Shown here one piece after another: positions 15,538 to 32,070 of a DNA stretch of 64,000 bases. The stretch is from the human T2T-CHM13v2.0 reference genome, Homo sapiens, in the NCBI RefSeq assembly GCF_009914755.1, contig NC_060933.1; one strand, 5' to 3'. A program made the position numbers and the translations under genes. The stretch's first letter is position 1, and each line of letters opens with the position of its first letter. The notes below the pieces were generated by a model. The model saw only the letters and a list, made by a program, of their open reading frames with translations, was not told the origin of the DNA and made no database searches.

Positions 15538-16215
15538 AGCACTGTCCAAGAGACATAGAATGCAAGCCGCATATGTAATTTTGAAAATGTGAGATTTAAA
15601 AAAGAAAAATAACCTGTGACATAAAAAAAACTAAAGAGGAACATGTGAAATTAATTTTGAAAAAAATAAACTTTTTTGAAAAAATAAACATTTGTGTTGT
15701 TTAACACAAATATATCAAAAATGTTACAATTTCAATGTGTATTTTTTTCTTTTTTTTTTTTTGAGACAGAGTTTTGATCTTTCCCCCAGGCTGGAGTGCA
15801 ATGGCACGATCTGGGCTCACTGCAACTTCTGACTCCCAGGTTCAAGTGATTTTCCTGTCTTAGCCTTCCAAGTAGCTGGGATTATAGGCACCCGCCACCA
15901 TGCCAGGCTAATTTTTGTATTTTTAGTAGAGACAGGGTTTTGCCATGTTGGCCAGGCTGGTTTTGAACTCCTGACCTCAGGTGATCCACCCGCCTTGGCC
16001 TCCAAAGTGCTGGGATTATAGGCATGAGCCACCACACCCAGCCGTATTTCATATTTTAAAAATTGAGATGTTTACTTTCTTTTTCATTTTTTTACTAAGT
16101 TTTTGAAGTTTGGCCTGTATTTTCTACTTACAGCACATGTCAGTTTGGATTAGTACATTTCAAATGCTGAATAGCCTCCTGTGGCTAGTGACTACTATAT
16201 TGGACAGTGCTGGTC
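15538..16215. mobile_element. MER33-like hAT-Charlie element split by an Alu
   Basis: TIRs gcactgtccaa / ttggacagtgc; internal gtggctagtg.ctac. Confidence 0.75.
15742..16043 (-). mobile_element. AluSx-like SINE
   Basis: Dimer with T tail. Confidence 0.92.
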
Positions 16216-16497
16216 CAGAGATAGGAAAGCAGAAAGATTAGGTGAGGTCCCTGAACAATATTTGTCAGTAAGGCTCTGGGGCAGGATGAAGAAACAAAAG
16301 TGAAAAAGGAAAGGTTATAAGAATCAGAAAAGTGAGATTCCACAGAGAATCCAGGGTACAGAGTTTTTAGTAGCGTTTTAGAGAGGTTAGAGCAGCCAGC
16401 CCAGTAAGGACAGATCTATAAAGTGACCACTGCATTTGCAAATAGAATGTTGTTGGTGATCTGGAAAGAAATTGTTTTCATAATAAAAATGATCTGC

Positions 16498-16640
16498 TGC
16501 TGGGTGTGGTGGCTCACACCTATAATCTCAGCACTTAGAGAGGCAGAGGTGGGAGGATAGCTTGAGCCCAGGAATTTCGAGACTAGCCTGGACAACATAG
16601 TGAGACTGTTTTCGACAAAAATGAAAAAACAAAAGAACAA
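16498..16640 (+). mobile_element. Alu left monomer (FLAM_C-like)
   Basis: Single arm, gcttgagcccagga. Confidence 0.8.
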
Positions 16641-16652
16641 ATGTGGCCCAAA

Positions 16653-16949
16653 GGCCGGGCGTGGTGGCTCTCGCCTGTAATCCCAGCCCTTTGGGAGGCT
16701 GAGGCAAGCGGATCACAAGGTCAGAAGATCAAGACCATCCTGGCCAACATGGTGAACCCCCGTGTCTGCTAAAAATACAAAAATTAACTGGGTGTGGTGG
16801 CATGTGCCTGTAGTTTCAGCTACTTGGGAGGCTGAGGCAGGAGAATTGCTTAAACCAACCCGGAGGTGGAGGCTGCGGTGAGCCAAGATTATGCTATTGC
16901 ACTCCAGCCTGGGCGACAGAGTGAGACTCCATCTCAAAAAAAAAAAAAA
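16653..16949 (+). mobile_element. AluS-type SINE
   Basis: Dimer, poly-A. Confidence 0.92.
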
Positions 16950-17024
16950 TAGTGGCCAAAAAGTGGACAGGAATGAATTATCTGGTTGTGGTGGAGTGAG
17001 AGGTGAGGCCAAGGAAAAATGTTG

Positions 17025-17361
<337 letters not shown>

Positions 17362-17518
17362 TGAGCCTATTTATAGGTTAGGGTGAACAGGTTTACAGGG
17401 CATCCAGACAGATAACTCTGTCTAGGAGGCATTTTAAAATGTACTAGGGAAGAATAGCACATACCAGTGCTTCTCAGCTACCTCTTTAAGGAGGGACATG
17501 CTCAGAAGTGTCGGATCC

Positions 17519-17750
17519 AACCTGGGCAACAAAGTGAGACCCCATCTCTACAAAAAATTAAAAAATTAGCTGAACATAGTGGCTTACGTCTGTAGTTCCA
17601 GCTACTGGGGACCAGCGGGGAGGGGGTCTGAGGTGGGGGGATCGCTTGAGCCCAGGAAGTTGAGGCTGCAGTAAGCTGTGATTACACCACTGCACTCCAG
17701 CCTGGGTGACAGAGAGAGACCTTGTCTCAAAAAAAAAAAAAAAAAAAAAA
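17519..17750 (+). mobile_element. 5'-truncated AluJ-like SINE
   Basis: TSD aagtgtc(g/a)gatcca on both sides; G-rich insert at ~17607-17625. Confidence 0.85.
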
Positions 17751-18029
17751 GAAAGTGTCAGATCCACTCATTCACTCTCTATCCCTTCTTCCTATCATGA
17801 CTTTCACTGTAGTATCCTTCTTACTGATCTTATTGCCTCTAGTCTTAAGAGTTTCATCCACCTCCTCTACAGTTGCACCAGAGAGATCATATTAGGTTGC
17901 AAATACCATCAACGCCAGATATTATTTGTCCATTTGGGAAACATCTATTGGGGCCAACTTGTACACTTGGTGTTTATTCTTCAGCAATCAACATCCTTCT
18001 TTTCGCTTTCTATAAGGCTTTTGTTTCTA

Positions 18030-18765
<736 letters not shown>

Positions 18766-18989
18766 AAAAATCTGCTCAAAAGCTTACTGTGTGCTAGGGT
18801 TTATACTAGAAGCTTAAAGCCATTTCACTACTTCAATGCTTCTCCTTGCCTATAGTGTTATTGATAATTAGTATAATCACATGCAGGACAAAGTCTCAAT
18901 TCCTTTCCAAGGAGTTTCTCAATCAACAATGTTCTCCATGAAATGGCCTTGTCTACTTTTTTTGCTGCATCCCTTGTGGCATTATATAT

Positions 18990-19348
18990 GTGTGTTTTCC
19001 GTTTTCATATTGCTATAAAGATACTACCCAAGGTACACTCTTCCTTAATTTATAAAGGAAAGAGGTTTAATTGACTCACAGTTCTGCATGGCTGGGAAGG
19101 CCACGGAAAACTTACAATCATGGCGGAAGGGGAAGCAGGCACGTCTCACATGGTGGCAGGAGAGATAGAGTGTGTGTGAGCGCAGGAAAAACTACCATTT
19201 ACAAAACCATCAAATCTCGTGAGAATTCACTCCCTATCATGAGAACAGCATGGGGGAAACCACCCCCGTAATCAAATCACTTCCCTCCATTAACATATGG
19301 GGATAACAATTTGAAATGAGATTTGGGTGAGGACACAGAGCCAAACCA

Positions 19349-19352
<4 letters not shown>
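18990..19352 (-). mobile_element. MST/THE1D-like MaLR solo LTR
   Basis: aaaggaaagaggtttaattgactcacagttc..ggacacagagccaaaccat. Confidence 0.85.
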
Positions 19353-19394
<42 letters not shown>

Positions 19395-19403
19395 GCTATC
19401 TAT

Positions 19404-19404
<1 letters not shown>
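19350..19404. repeat. (TCTG)n(TCTA)n tetranucleotide STR
   Basis: Direct reading. Confidence 0.92.
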
Positions 19405-19615
<211 letters not shown>

Positions 19616-20039
19616 TTATCATTAGAATTTGTGCGTACTTGGCAAGAACACCTTTCCCTTCATTGTCCAGGAAAATTCTCATCTGAACCTACAAGGCTAG
19701 AATAAAATTACCACCTCAGTGAAGTCTTCCCTTAACCCCTTGCAGCCTTACATTTTCTTTCTGATGTTCCCATAAGTAATTTATAAAGCTTATAAATTAT
19801 CTTGAAGGATTTTAATTGTTGGGGTCTGTTTCTGTACTGGAGTATAAACTCCTTGAGGATAGCAACCATGTCTTTTGGCTTTCTATCTTTCAGGTCTTGT
19901 CGTAGTGTGTGGCACGTGGTAGGTGTCCAATAAGTGCAATAAAATGATGTGTTATGCTAAAAGTGTTATAGAGTTCAAATATAGTACTGTCCAGAACCAT
20001 TAAGGAGCTGAGAAATGTTACAGAGTTAAGGGCCAATAT

Positions 20040-20526
20040 TGTCAAGAACTGTGAAGGGTTTGAGATTTTACCCTACTTGTAAGCTATTAAGTTAGCTTGC
20101 CACAATATCATGGATGTTGTCAGAGACATGAGGCTCCTTGATCAGAGACAAAATAATGTATTAATCATGACAGTATTGGTAGACAAAGTGCCCAATAATG
20201 GCAATTTCTACAAAGTGATACAAATAGGGTGAAGTGATGTCTGAATATGCTGTGGGTTGCATTGTAGGAGATGAATTGTTAGCCTAGCGAAACTGAATCT
20301 TTTAGTGTAGAGAAACAGCCTGCCCTTTGCCCTAGAGAGAGACCTTAATTTTGTTATTCTGCACAGTAAACAAACCTGCTCTTGGCTCTGGAGGAAAATA
20401 CTATCTCGGTCTTCCAAGGCTGTCTGTTATACAAGCATCCTTGAAAAGATAGTCTAGAACACAATGAGTTGTTCCACTGGCAAGATGAGCAGAAGTTTTA
20501 TAGACCCATAGAGATTGTCTCCCCAA
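20040..20526 (-). mobile_element. ERVL-class solo LTR (LTR47/LTR53-like)
   Basis: Minus strand begins ..gggagacaatctctatgggtc and ends ..cacagttcttgaca; family from memory. Confidence 0.6.
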
Positions 20527-20559
20527 AAAAGACAGAATAGTTACAGTTGTGATTTCAAT

Positions 20560-20940
20560 TCATGAAAGTGGTCGAAGAGGAGGTGATACTTAAGCCGAGG
20601 CTTAAAATATATGAGTAGGCATTCACCAGACAGATAGGATAGTAGGACATTTCATGAAGCTGGAGCAATGAGGAGGAGCATGAAGGAAAGGTGACTTAAG
20701 ATGGTCTGACAAGGACAGCGTGTGAGGGAAGAAGGGGTCTCATGTGAGATACTAGAAAAGGTAGGCCAGATGCAGCTCCCAGAAAGTCTTCTCTATCAGG
20801 CTGAGGACTACTTTATCCTGAGGTCAACAGGGAGCCAATGAAGGTTTCTAAGCAACTGAGGCATGTAGTCAGATTTGCATTTTAGAAAGATCTGTCTGAA
20901 ACAGAAAGGGCATTCAAGGCAGAAGGAACAGCACGGATAG
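20560..20940 (-). mobile_element. L2 remnant
   Basis: actttatcctgagg..gggagcca.tgaaggttt.taagca..cagatttgcattttagaaagatc. Confidence 0.65.
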
Positions 20941-20980
20941 AACACACATTCAAGTGCCCAGTAAATTGAGGTAACCATAG

Positions 20981-21331
<351 letters not shown>

Positions 21332-21448
21332 CAAAGTGAATATTTCTTAAGAGTGACTCAGCACTTTTAGTCAGTCACCAGGTGCCAGCTGTGAAGTTGG
21401 AGCCTAACCTGGGGAAGTCTAGGGCTGTGCCATGTTAAATTAGGCTAA

Positions 21449-21757
<309 letters not shown>

Positions 21758-23818
21758 AGGCTAAGCTAATTTATGTCTGAATAATCCATAGTAAAGAAGA
21801 GATTTGAGTTGGCAATGAGGTTTCATCTTAACTGGCAACTTTGACTGGTTGTAATGGGCCACCTGGGTCATGATGCTAAGGAAGGATTCTCAGTCCAATT
21901 CTGGGCTTTGTGGGATAGAAGAAAGTAGTTATTTAGTTTTGTTTGTTATAGGCAAGGAATGGTAAGTAACAATACACTTGCTGACAATAGCTAAGGAATA
22001 AAGTTTAATCCAAGCTTATTATTCAGAAAAAGAAACCTAAACAAGGGCTAGGACCTGTGTCAGGAGCACTTAGACAGCCATGGGCTGGTTATGAGGATAA
22101 GTGAGATGGGAGGAGGGCACAAACAGGATGGGAACAGTAACAGTTGGGATTTTAAAGCCAAGATATGTCCTTAAAATATAAGGTAAGGGAGACAACAGCC
22201 AGATTGGGGATAGAGATACTATCAGGTCATACCAAAGGAAAGAGTTTTCAATGCAATATTTTTTTAAATGAGGGAACTTGGATCATCTTGCCCCAGACCC
22301 AACAATTTGACTCTGGCACTTGATAGTAACAGAGATGAAAGTGACACAGAGAAGGATGTCATGGTCAGTACTCAAGGAGGCAGAGACTGGGTCTTCTTTG
22401 GCTCAACTCAAGGTTATATAATTTTTCTGAAGAGTAAGCACTATTGTATGTGGGTTTGCTGTATTATTTGACAATATTCACTTATGAAGGATAAGAAAAA
22501 TAAATGGGATGGGTGGAATTCATATGGCATGTTGAGTATGGATACTGCATAAGCAAGTGACTTGTAAAACATAGATAAAGTTAATTAGCTTTGTTAAATA
22601 TAAATAAATAATAAGCTAGCTAACTATAACACATATTAAATATAGATATGATAATTGGAACATATACTAAAATGGACCCAAAAAGTTTTTTTTATATATA
22701 GATAGAAGGACCAAGAGACACAAAATATTAATATTATGCTAAATAGACATGAGGCACACGAAGCACTCACTATTCAATATTAAGCACTCTGTTAGATTGG
22801 CTGTTGATTGGTGACATCATTCTGACCTTTTGCTACCTCTGCCCCAAAAAGCTGCTCATCAGGCCGGTTGGTATGCTACAGCTTTTTCCTTGCATCTCTC
22901 AAGCATGTATAGGTTCTAGTCACCTCCCATCTTCTTAGCCCCTTGGCTTAAACCTAATTCTGGTCCTTCAGACTACCTTTAAACTACATCAGTGGAGAAG
23001 GCTGATGTTGCAGAGAAATAAGACATGAACAGCACAACCCAGGATGCATGTAGTGTGGTCCTTCTATCCTGTTCACCCTATACTTTCAAAACTTTCACAG
23101 GCACATTATCTAGACAGAAAATCAATAAGAAAACATCAAACAAACTACACTTTAGACCAAATGGATTTAACAGGCATATACAGAACACTCCATCCAATAG
23201 CAGCAGAGTACACATTCTTCTCAAAGACACATTCTCCAGGATAGAGCATGTTAGGCCACACAATAAGCCTTAACAAGTTTAAGAAGACTGAAATCATATC
23301 AAGAATCTTTTCCTACTACAATGATATGAAACTAGAAATCAATAACAGGAGAAATTTTGAAAAATTGAAAAACACATAGAAATTAAACAAAATGTTCATC
23401 AACAATGGGTCAAAGAAGAAATTTAAATAATCTGGAAAACATGGGAACACACATACCAAAACTTAGGGGATGCAGCAAAGCAGTTCTGAGTCATAAGTTT
23501 AAGGCAATATACTTATCACAAAGGAAGAAAGATCTCAGATAAACAACCTAACCTTACTTCTCAAGGAACTAGAAGAAGAAGAAAAAACTAATTCCAAAGT
23601 TAGTAGAAGGAAATAATAAAGATCAGATCAGAAATAAATGAAATGGAGACTAGAAAAACAAAGAGAAGATAAAACTAAGAATTTTTTTTAGAAGATAAAC
23701 AAAATTGACAAACCTTTAGCTAGACTAAGAAAAAAAGAGAAGACTCAAATAAAATCAGAAATGAAAGAGGAGACATTACAACTGATACCACAGAAACACA
23801 AAGGACCCTGAGAGACTT

Positions 23819-24143
23819 CAGTAGTTTCCTCTTATCCTTGTTGAATATGTTCCAAAATTCCCAGTGGATGCCTGAAACCACGGATAGTTTATATGTACTA
23901 TATATCGAGTCCTATGCACACTATGTTTTTTTCTGTTTATCCATACCTATGATAAAGTTTAGTTTATAAATTAGATAGAACAAGAGATTAATAACTAATT
24001 ATAAAATAGAACAATTATAACAATAATGTGGGTCTCTCTCTCAAAATATATTATTGTACCCTACTCATCTATTTGCTGACTGTGGTTGACTGAGGGTAAC
24101 TGAAGCCTTGGAAAACAAAACCACAGGTAAAGGGGGACTACTG
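23819..24143. mobile_element. Tigger2-family MITE (MER8/MER28-like)
   Basis: TIRs cagtagt..cttatcc / gg.aa.gggggactactg; cccagtggatgcctgaaacc. Confidence 0.75.
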
Positions 24144-24366
24144 TCTCATGAACAATTATACACCAACAAATTGGATAACCTAGAAGAAAAGGATCACTTC
24201 CTAGACACATACAACTTACCAAGACTAAATTATGATGAAATGGAAAATCTAACTTGATCAATAACTAGTAAAGAGACTGAATCAGTACTAAAAAGTCTCC
24301 CATTAAAAAAAGCCTAGGACCTGATGGCTTCACTGCTGACTTCTACCAAACATTTAAGAAAGAACT

Positions 24367-24680
24367 GGCCGGGCACGGTGGCTCACACCTGTAATCCCAG
24401 CACTTTGGGAGGCCGAGGCGGGCGGATCAGGAGGTCAGGAGATCGAGACCATTCTGGCTAACACAGTGAAACCCTGTCTCTGCTAAAAATACAAAAAATT
24501 AGCCAGGCATGGTGGCGGGCGCCTGTAGTCCAGCTGCCCGGGAGGCTGAGGCAGGAGAATGGTGTGAACCCGGGAGGCGGAGCTTGCAGTGAGCCGAGAT
24601 CATGCCACCGCACTCCAGCCTGGGCGACACAGCGAGTCTCCGTCTCAAAAAAAAAAAAAAGAAAAGAAAAGAAAAACAAA
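24367..24680 (+). mobile_element. AluY-like SINE
   Basis: TSD aagaaagaact within L1. Confidence 0.93.
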
Positions 24681-24696
24681 AAGAAAGAACTAATAC

Positions 24697-25249
<553 letters not shown>

Positions 25250-26524
25250 TTACAAGGCCAAAATTACCCTGATACCAAAGCAGACTAGGACACTACAAGG
25301 AAAGAAACTTGCAGGCAGTATCCTTGAAAAACATAGATGCAAAAATACTCAACAAAGTCCTAGAAAACTAATTTTACAACACATTAAAAGGATCATTCAC
25401 CATGATCAAGTGGGATTTATCCCAAGGGTTCAAGGATGGTTCAACATATGCAAATCTATAAATGTGATACCACATTAAAAGAATAAAGGAAAAAATTCAT
25501 GATCATCCCAATAGGTGCAAAAAAAGCATTTGACAAAATTCAACATTCTTTCACAATAAAAACTCAACAAATTAGGTATACAAGGAATGTACCTCAACAC
25601 AAGAAAGACTATATATGACACACACACAGCTAACATTATACTCAATGGTGAAAACTTGAAAGCTTTTGCTTTAAGAACAGGAACAAGACAAGGATGCCTA
25701 CTCTCTCTACTTCTATTCATGAAATGCTAGCCAGAACAATTAGGCAAGTGAAAGAAGTAAAAAGCACCCAAATTAGAAGTTAAATTATCCCTGTTTGCAG
25801 ACACCATGATCATATACAGAGAGAATCCTAACTACTCCACTAAAAACTGTTAGAACTAACGAACAAATTCAGTAAAATTGCAGCTTACAAAATTAACTTA
25901 CAAAAATCAGTGGCATTTCTATACACTAAACAATGAACGGTCTGAAAAAGAAATCAAGAAAACAATCTCATTTACAATAGCTACAAAAAATGCATTGGAA
26001 TAAATTTAAGTAAGGAGGTAAAAGATCTATAACTAAAAACTATAAAACATCGATTAAAGAAATTGAAGGAGACACAAATAAATGGAAAGTATCTTATGTT
26101 CATGGATTTGAACAATTAATATTGTTAAAATGTCCATATTATCCAAAGCAATCTACAGATTCAATGCAATCCCTATCAAAATTCTAATGACATTTTTCCA
26201 GATTAAAAAAAATTTTTTTCATTGGTGTGGAATCACAAAAGAACTTGAATAGCCAAAGCAATCTGGAGCAACAACAAGGCTGGAGGCTTCATACTACCTG
26301 ACTTTAGAATATACTACAAAGCTAAAGTAATCAAAACAGCATGGTACTGACACAGAAACAGATACATATACCAATGCAACAGACTAGATAGCCCAGAAAT
26401 AAATCCATGTATTTATAGCCAAATGAGTTTTGAAAAAGGTGCCAAGAACCATAGGAAGGGGGCAGTCTCTTCAACAAAGGATGTTGGAAAACTGGATATC
26501 CCACATGCAGAAGAATGAAATCAG

Positions 26525-27297
<773 letters not shown>

Positions 27298-28019
27298 TCC
27301 AGTTCTCTGTATTCCAAGTGGAAGCTTGCACCTTATCCTAAGAGTGTTGACCTACTTCATCTCTTTCCCCTTGCTTCTCATTATGTACTTAAAATTAATT
27401 TAATAAAATATGAGATGCAGCCATGTTAATCTGATCTGTGAGCTTCTCTGCTCTCTAACATCAGTGAGAGTTTGCCTGATAAGTACTTTTAGGTCACCAC
27501 TGCATCAGTGTAATTTCCCACACAGCCGCTATTTGCTTGGTGTGGACAACACTCCTTCTCCTTGATGAAATTGTTTCCCGAGAGCGTGAGTTCTGCACTG
27601 GGGCATATTACTCATGATTTTATAGAGGTATCGAAGAGCAACAACGCTTTCACACACAAACCATGTGGTGTTAGACAATATGTAAAGCATACATGTATAC
27701 AAGCATGCACGAAAATGAATATTTTTTTCAGATATAATAAACCGTACCTCTGTTTCTAGTTTTCTGGCCCCAGTTTCTTGAAATTAGAGAGGTACAAAAG
27801 ACCTTAAGATTATTTTTGTTTAAGTTCCTTCTTCAAGAGTTCCAGATTGGTGGAGTGACATGTAAGGCCACAGAGCAGTTAGATCTGGGATCTGCCCTCT
27901 GTTCCCTGAGCCCCAGAATGTGGGAGTTTAGAAAGTATTTTTAAAACTAAGAAGTCAACTCTAGTAGGAAAATGTCAAAAACACACAGCTTGTTCTTCCG
28001 TGAGTAAATGAGTGAATTT

Positions 28020-28585
28020 TCATTTGGCTACAAGTTTCAAGGAACTTGACCAACCCTATCTTCAGCATGTGTTATCTCATGAAAGTCTAGAGTGGGTGAT
28101 GGCTTCAGGTATAATTGGTCAACAGTGTCATGGTATTTATCTCTTTCAACTCTGCCCTCTTCACATATTGGCTCTTTATCCTTGGGCTTATTACAGGTGG
28201 TTACAAGGTGGCTACTGCAGCCCAAGACACTACATCCTCATGTAGCTTTGTTCCAGGAAGTAAGAGGAGGCAGTCCTCCTTGCCTTTATTTTTTTCATGA
28301 GGAAGTAAGGTTGTTATTGGGAGTCCCAACATCAAACTTTTTCTTACATGTCTAAGACCAGAAAAGGATCATATGCCCATTCATATATTAATCACTAGGA
28401 AAAGGTTTGTGGTTACTACACTTTCCGTAGTCTCTAAACCTAAACTGTGTATAGACCAATCATGGTCTAGTTCTTGGGGCTGGCAGAAGAGCCCATCTCC
28501 CAAATGCATGTTGCTTCTTGGGGGTTCTATAATAACAACAAAGACAGGAATAGCCATTGAGTACAGCCAACATTGCCTGACTCAG
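28020..28585 (-). mobile_element. Old MLT1-family LTR
   Basis: ggcttcagg..caaggtggct.ctgcagc..acatcctca; diverged. Confidence 0.45.
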
Positions 28586-28633
28586 TGAGGTTCAATAGAT
28601 GGTATTTTTGCTGCATTAAGAATAATCACAATG

Positions 28634-28950
28634 GGCCAGGCACGGTGGCTCACGCCTGTAATCCTAGCACTTTGGGAGGCCAAGGTGGGCAGATCACCTG
28701 AGGTCGGGAGTTCGAGACCAGCCTGACTAACGTGGAGAAACCCCGTCTGTACTCAAACTACAAAATTAGCTGGGCGTGGTGGTGCATGCCTGTAATCCCA
28801 GCTACTCATTATGTGTTTTAAATTAATTAAAGGCTGAGGCAGGAGAATCTCTTGAACCTGGGAGGCGGAGGTTGCGGTGAGCCAAGATCACTCCATTGCA
28901 GTCCAGCCTGGGGAACAAGAGCAAAACTCCGTCTCAAAAATAATAATATA
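28634..28950 (+). mobile_element. AluSp/Sq-like SINE with AT-rich insert
   Basis: gaggtcgggagttc..ggagaaaccc; TSD aataatcaca. Confidence 0.92.
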
Positions 28951-29869
28951 ATAATCACATTGAAATAAAGCAGAAATAATCAGATTTGGAAAAAAGTAAT
29001 AATTATTTCTTCAAATTTATGAACTATCTCTAACTATTCAGTTGAGGGTGGTCTTTTACTGTAGCATAGTCCCAGAAATTACACCTGGCTTCTTCACATT
29101 GAATATCTTGAGGAGAAAAAAATCAGGTGATGATGTTAAGATTTTCATGTATGATGTGACTGCATTATCGAACATGCCTATGATGCCTTCAAATAAAGCC
29201 TGGGAAAAATGAGAAGAATGTAAATTTAAGGTGAAAGGAGTGCTACTATTTTTAATATCAAGAGGTCTTATTCCTTTATGTTAGCTTAATAAAGATTGTC
29301 AAAGAAGGTTCTCATTAATTCTCTACGTGTTTATCCTCACAACTTCAAGTAAAAGTAAGACTTGAGTAGAATTACTAAAACACAGCTAGAGAGAAAGGGG
29401 AATAAAAGTGCCACAGGCAAAGGTACAGAAATGGTGGAGGGATTTGTCTATTTTCCTGTTGCCCTGTTTTCACATTGGGCTGCCTCCTTCAGGACTTCCA
29501 GCATAGATTACATTATTATCACATCGAGGGTTGATTTCAAGTCCTCTATTTACCCTCTGTGACCTTGACCACATGCTTCCAGCCAGAATGTGAGCTTCTC
29601 CCTGTACATTTCCATGAGCACCTGACTCATATATCCATTAGTATCACTTTTAATCCAGGTAACCCATATAATTATCCAACTCTGTGTTTGCATCTCCATT
29701 ATTAAGTTGATTTCTGAAGGAAAGGGACCTCCCTTATTTACCTTTTTATCCTCAGTATCTAAATCAGTCATTAAGAAGTTCAATGCATGTTTGTAAACTG
29801 ATCCTTAATTAATATCCACCTTGCAATTCTTGTAAGGATTATGTGAGATTGTGTACATGACAGAGTATT

Positions 29870-29913
29870 GAAAGTGCTTATTAATAGAAAGTGCTTATTA
29901 ATAGAAAGTGCTT
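29870..29913 (+). repeat. 17-bp tandem repeat (2.6 copies)
   Basis: gaaagtgcttattaata x2 plus gaaagtgctt. Confidence 0.9.
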
Positions 29914-30428
29914 CCCTGAGGTTGGTTATTGTTATTATGGGCTAAATTGGTTTTGGTGGAAGGACCAAGCTAGTAACATGACTTCTATTTATATCAAAGA
30001 TTCTGTGACAAAGTAATGATAGTAGTAATCATTGATGGGCGTTAGATACTTAAATAGCACAATAGCCGGCACAAAGTGCTTTTGGCTATGTTTTCCTGAC
30101 GTGTACAATTGCCCTTTCTTATGCCACATCTCTGGGCCTCAAAATGTGTATTTCTTTGCTCTAATCTTCATGTTCTGCCCAGAGCTAGTCGGCTGTCTCC
30201 TCCCTCAAGGGATGGAAGCCTGCTTCTCTTCCTTCAGACACTGCTGCGGGCCTGCTCTTTGCAGTGCCCATCACCTTAACTGACTGGCTCCAGTGATCCC
30301 TTCTTGGGGACGTCATCAGTTATGTCCTGCCTGTGAGACCAGAAACTGTTAGGTGTTGAAATAAATTAAGATTAAGCCAAGACTTTTTTTTGAAGAAATT
30401 GACAGTCTGATCCTAAAATTCATTTGAA

Positions 30429-30592
30429 GGCTGGGCACGGTGGCTCGTGCCTATAGTACCAGCTACCAGGAGGGTGCAGTGGGAGGATCACCTGAGCCCA
30501 GGAGGTCAGTGCTGCAGTGAGCTGTGATTGTGCCACTGCACTCCAGCCTGGGTGACAGAGTGACACCCTGTCTAAAAATTAAAAAAAAAAAT
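30429..30592 (+). mobile_element. Alu monomer (FRAM-like)
   Basis: Single right-arm-type unit inside L1. Confidence 0.8.
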
Positions 30593-31273
30593 TTATATAA
30601 AATTGCAAGGAACGCAGAGTAGCCAAAATGATTTTGAAAACAAAGAATAAAGTTGAGATCTCACATTTCTTGATTGTAAAACTTATTATAAAGCTACAAT
30701 AATCAAGACAGTGTGGTACCGGCATAAAGATAGATATGTAGATAAATGAAATAAAGTTGAGAGTCCAGAAATAAGTTCTTATATTTACTGTGAATTGATT
30801 TTTGGTGACAGTGTCATGACAATTCAATATGGAAATAATATCTTTGCAACAAATGGGTGCTGGAACAACTGGGTGTCCACAAGCAAAAGAATAAAGTTGG
30901 ACCCTTACCTCATACATATACAAAAATTAGTTTAAAATGAATCCAAAACATAAATATAAGAGCTCAAACTATAAAACTATTAGAAGAAAACATATGCATA
31001 AACCATAATAACTTTAGGTTTAGGCAATGATTTCTTAGATATTACACCAAAAGCACAAGTAACAAAGTTTTTAAAGATAGAAAAGTTGAACTTCACCAAA
31101 ATTAAAATCTTTTGTGCTTCAAAGGACACCATCAATAAAGTGAAAAGTCAAACCACAGAATGAGGGAAAGTATTTGTAACTCGTATATCTGACAAAGTAG
31201 TTTTATCCAGAATTTATGAATAACTGTTACAACTAGACAGTTAAAACTCAATGTAGTTAAAAAATGGGCAAAG

Positions 31274-31572
<299 letters not shown>

Positions 31573-31945
31573 GGGCAAAGGATATGGATAGACGTTTCTT
31601 CAAAGAAGATACACAAATGGCCAATAAGCACCTGTAGTGCCATGTAACATCATTAATCATTAGAGAAATACAATTCAAAACATAATGGGAGACCATTTCA
31701 CACCCGCTAGAATGGTTATAATAAAAAAGATGAACAATAAAAAATGTTGGTGAGGATGTAGAGAAGTTAGAAAACACATTTACATTGCTGGTAAGTTTAT
31801 AAAGTGGTACATCCACTTTGGAAAACATTTTTGCAGTTCCTCAAAATGTTAAACATAGAATTTACCATAAAACACATCCATTCTACTCCTAAGCATATAC
31901 CCAAGAGAAATGAAAATTAAGTCCATAGAAAAGCTCATACATGAA

Positions 31946-32070
31946 GCCAGGTACAGTAGAGCATACCTATAGTGCCAGCTACTTGGGAGGCAGAGCACAG
32001 GAGGATTGTTGGAGCCCAGTAGCTTGAGGCCAGCCTGGACCACATAGTGAGACCTCACCTCTAAAAATAA
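31946..32070 (+). mobile_element. Alu monomer (FLAM/FAM-like)
   Basis: Diverged single arm. Confidence 0.7.
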
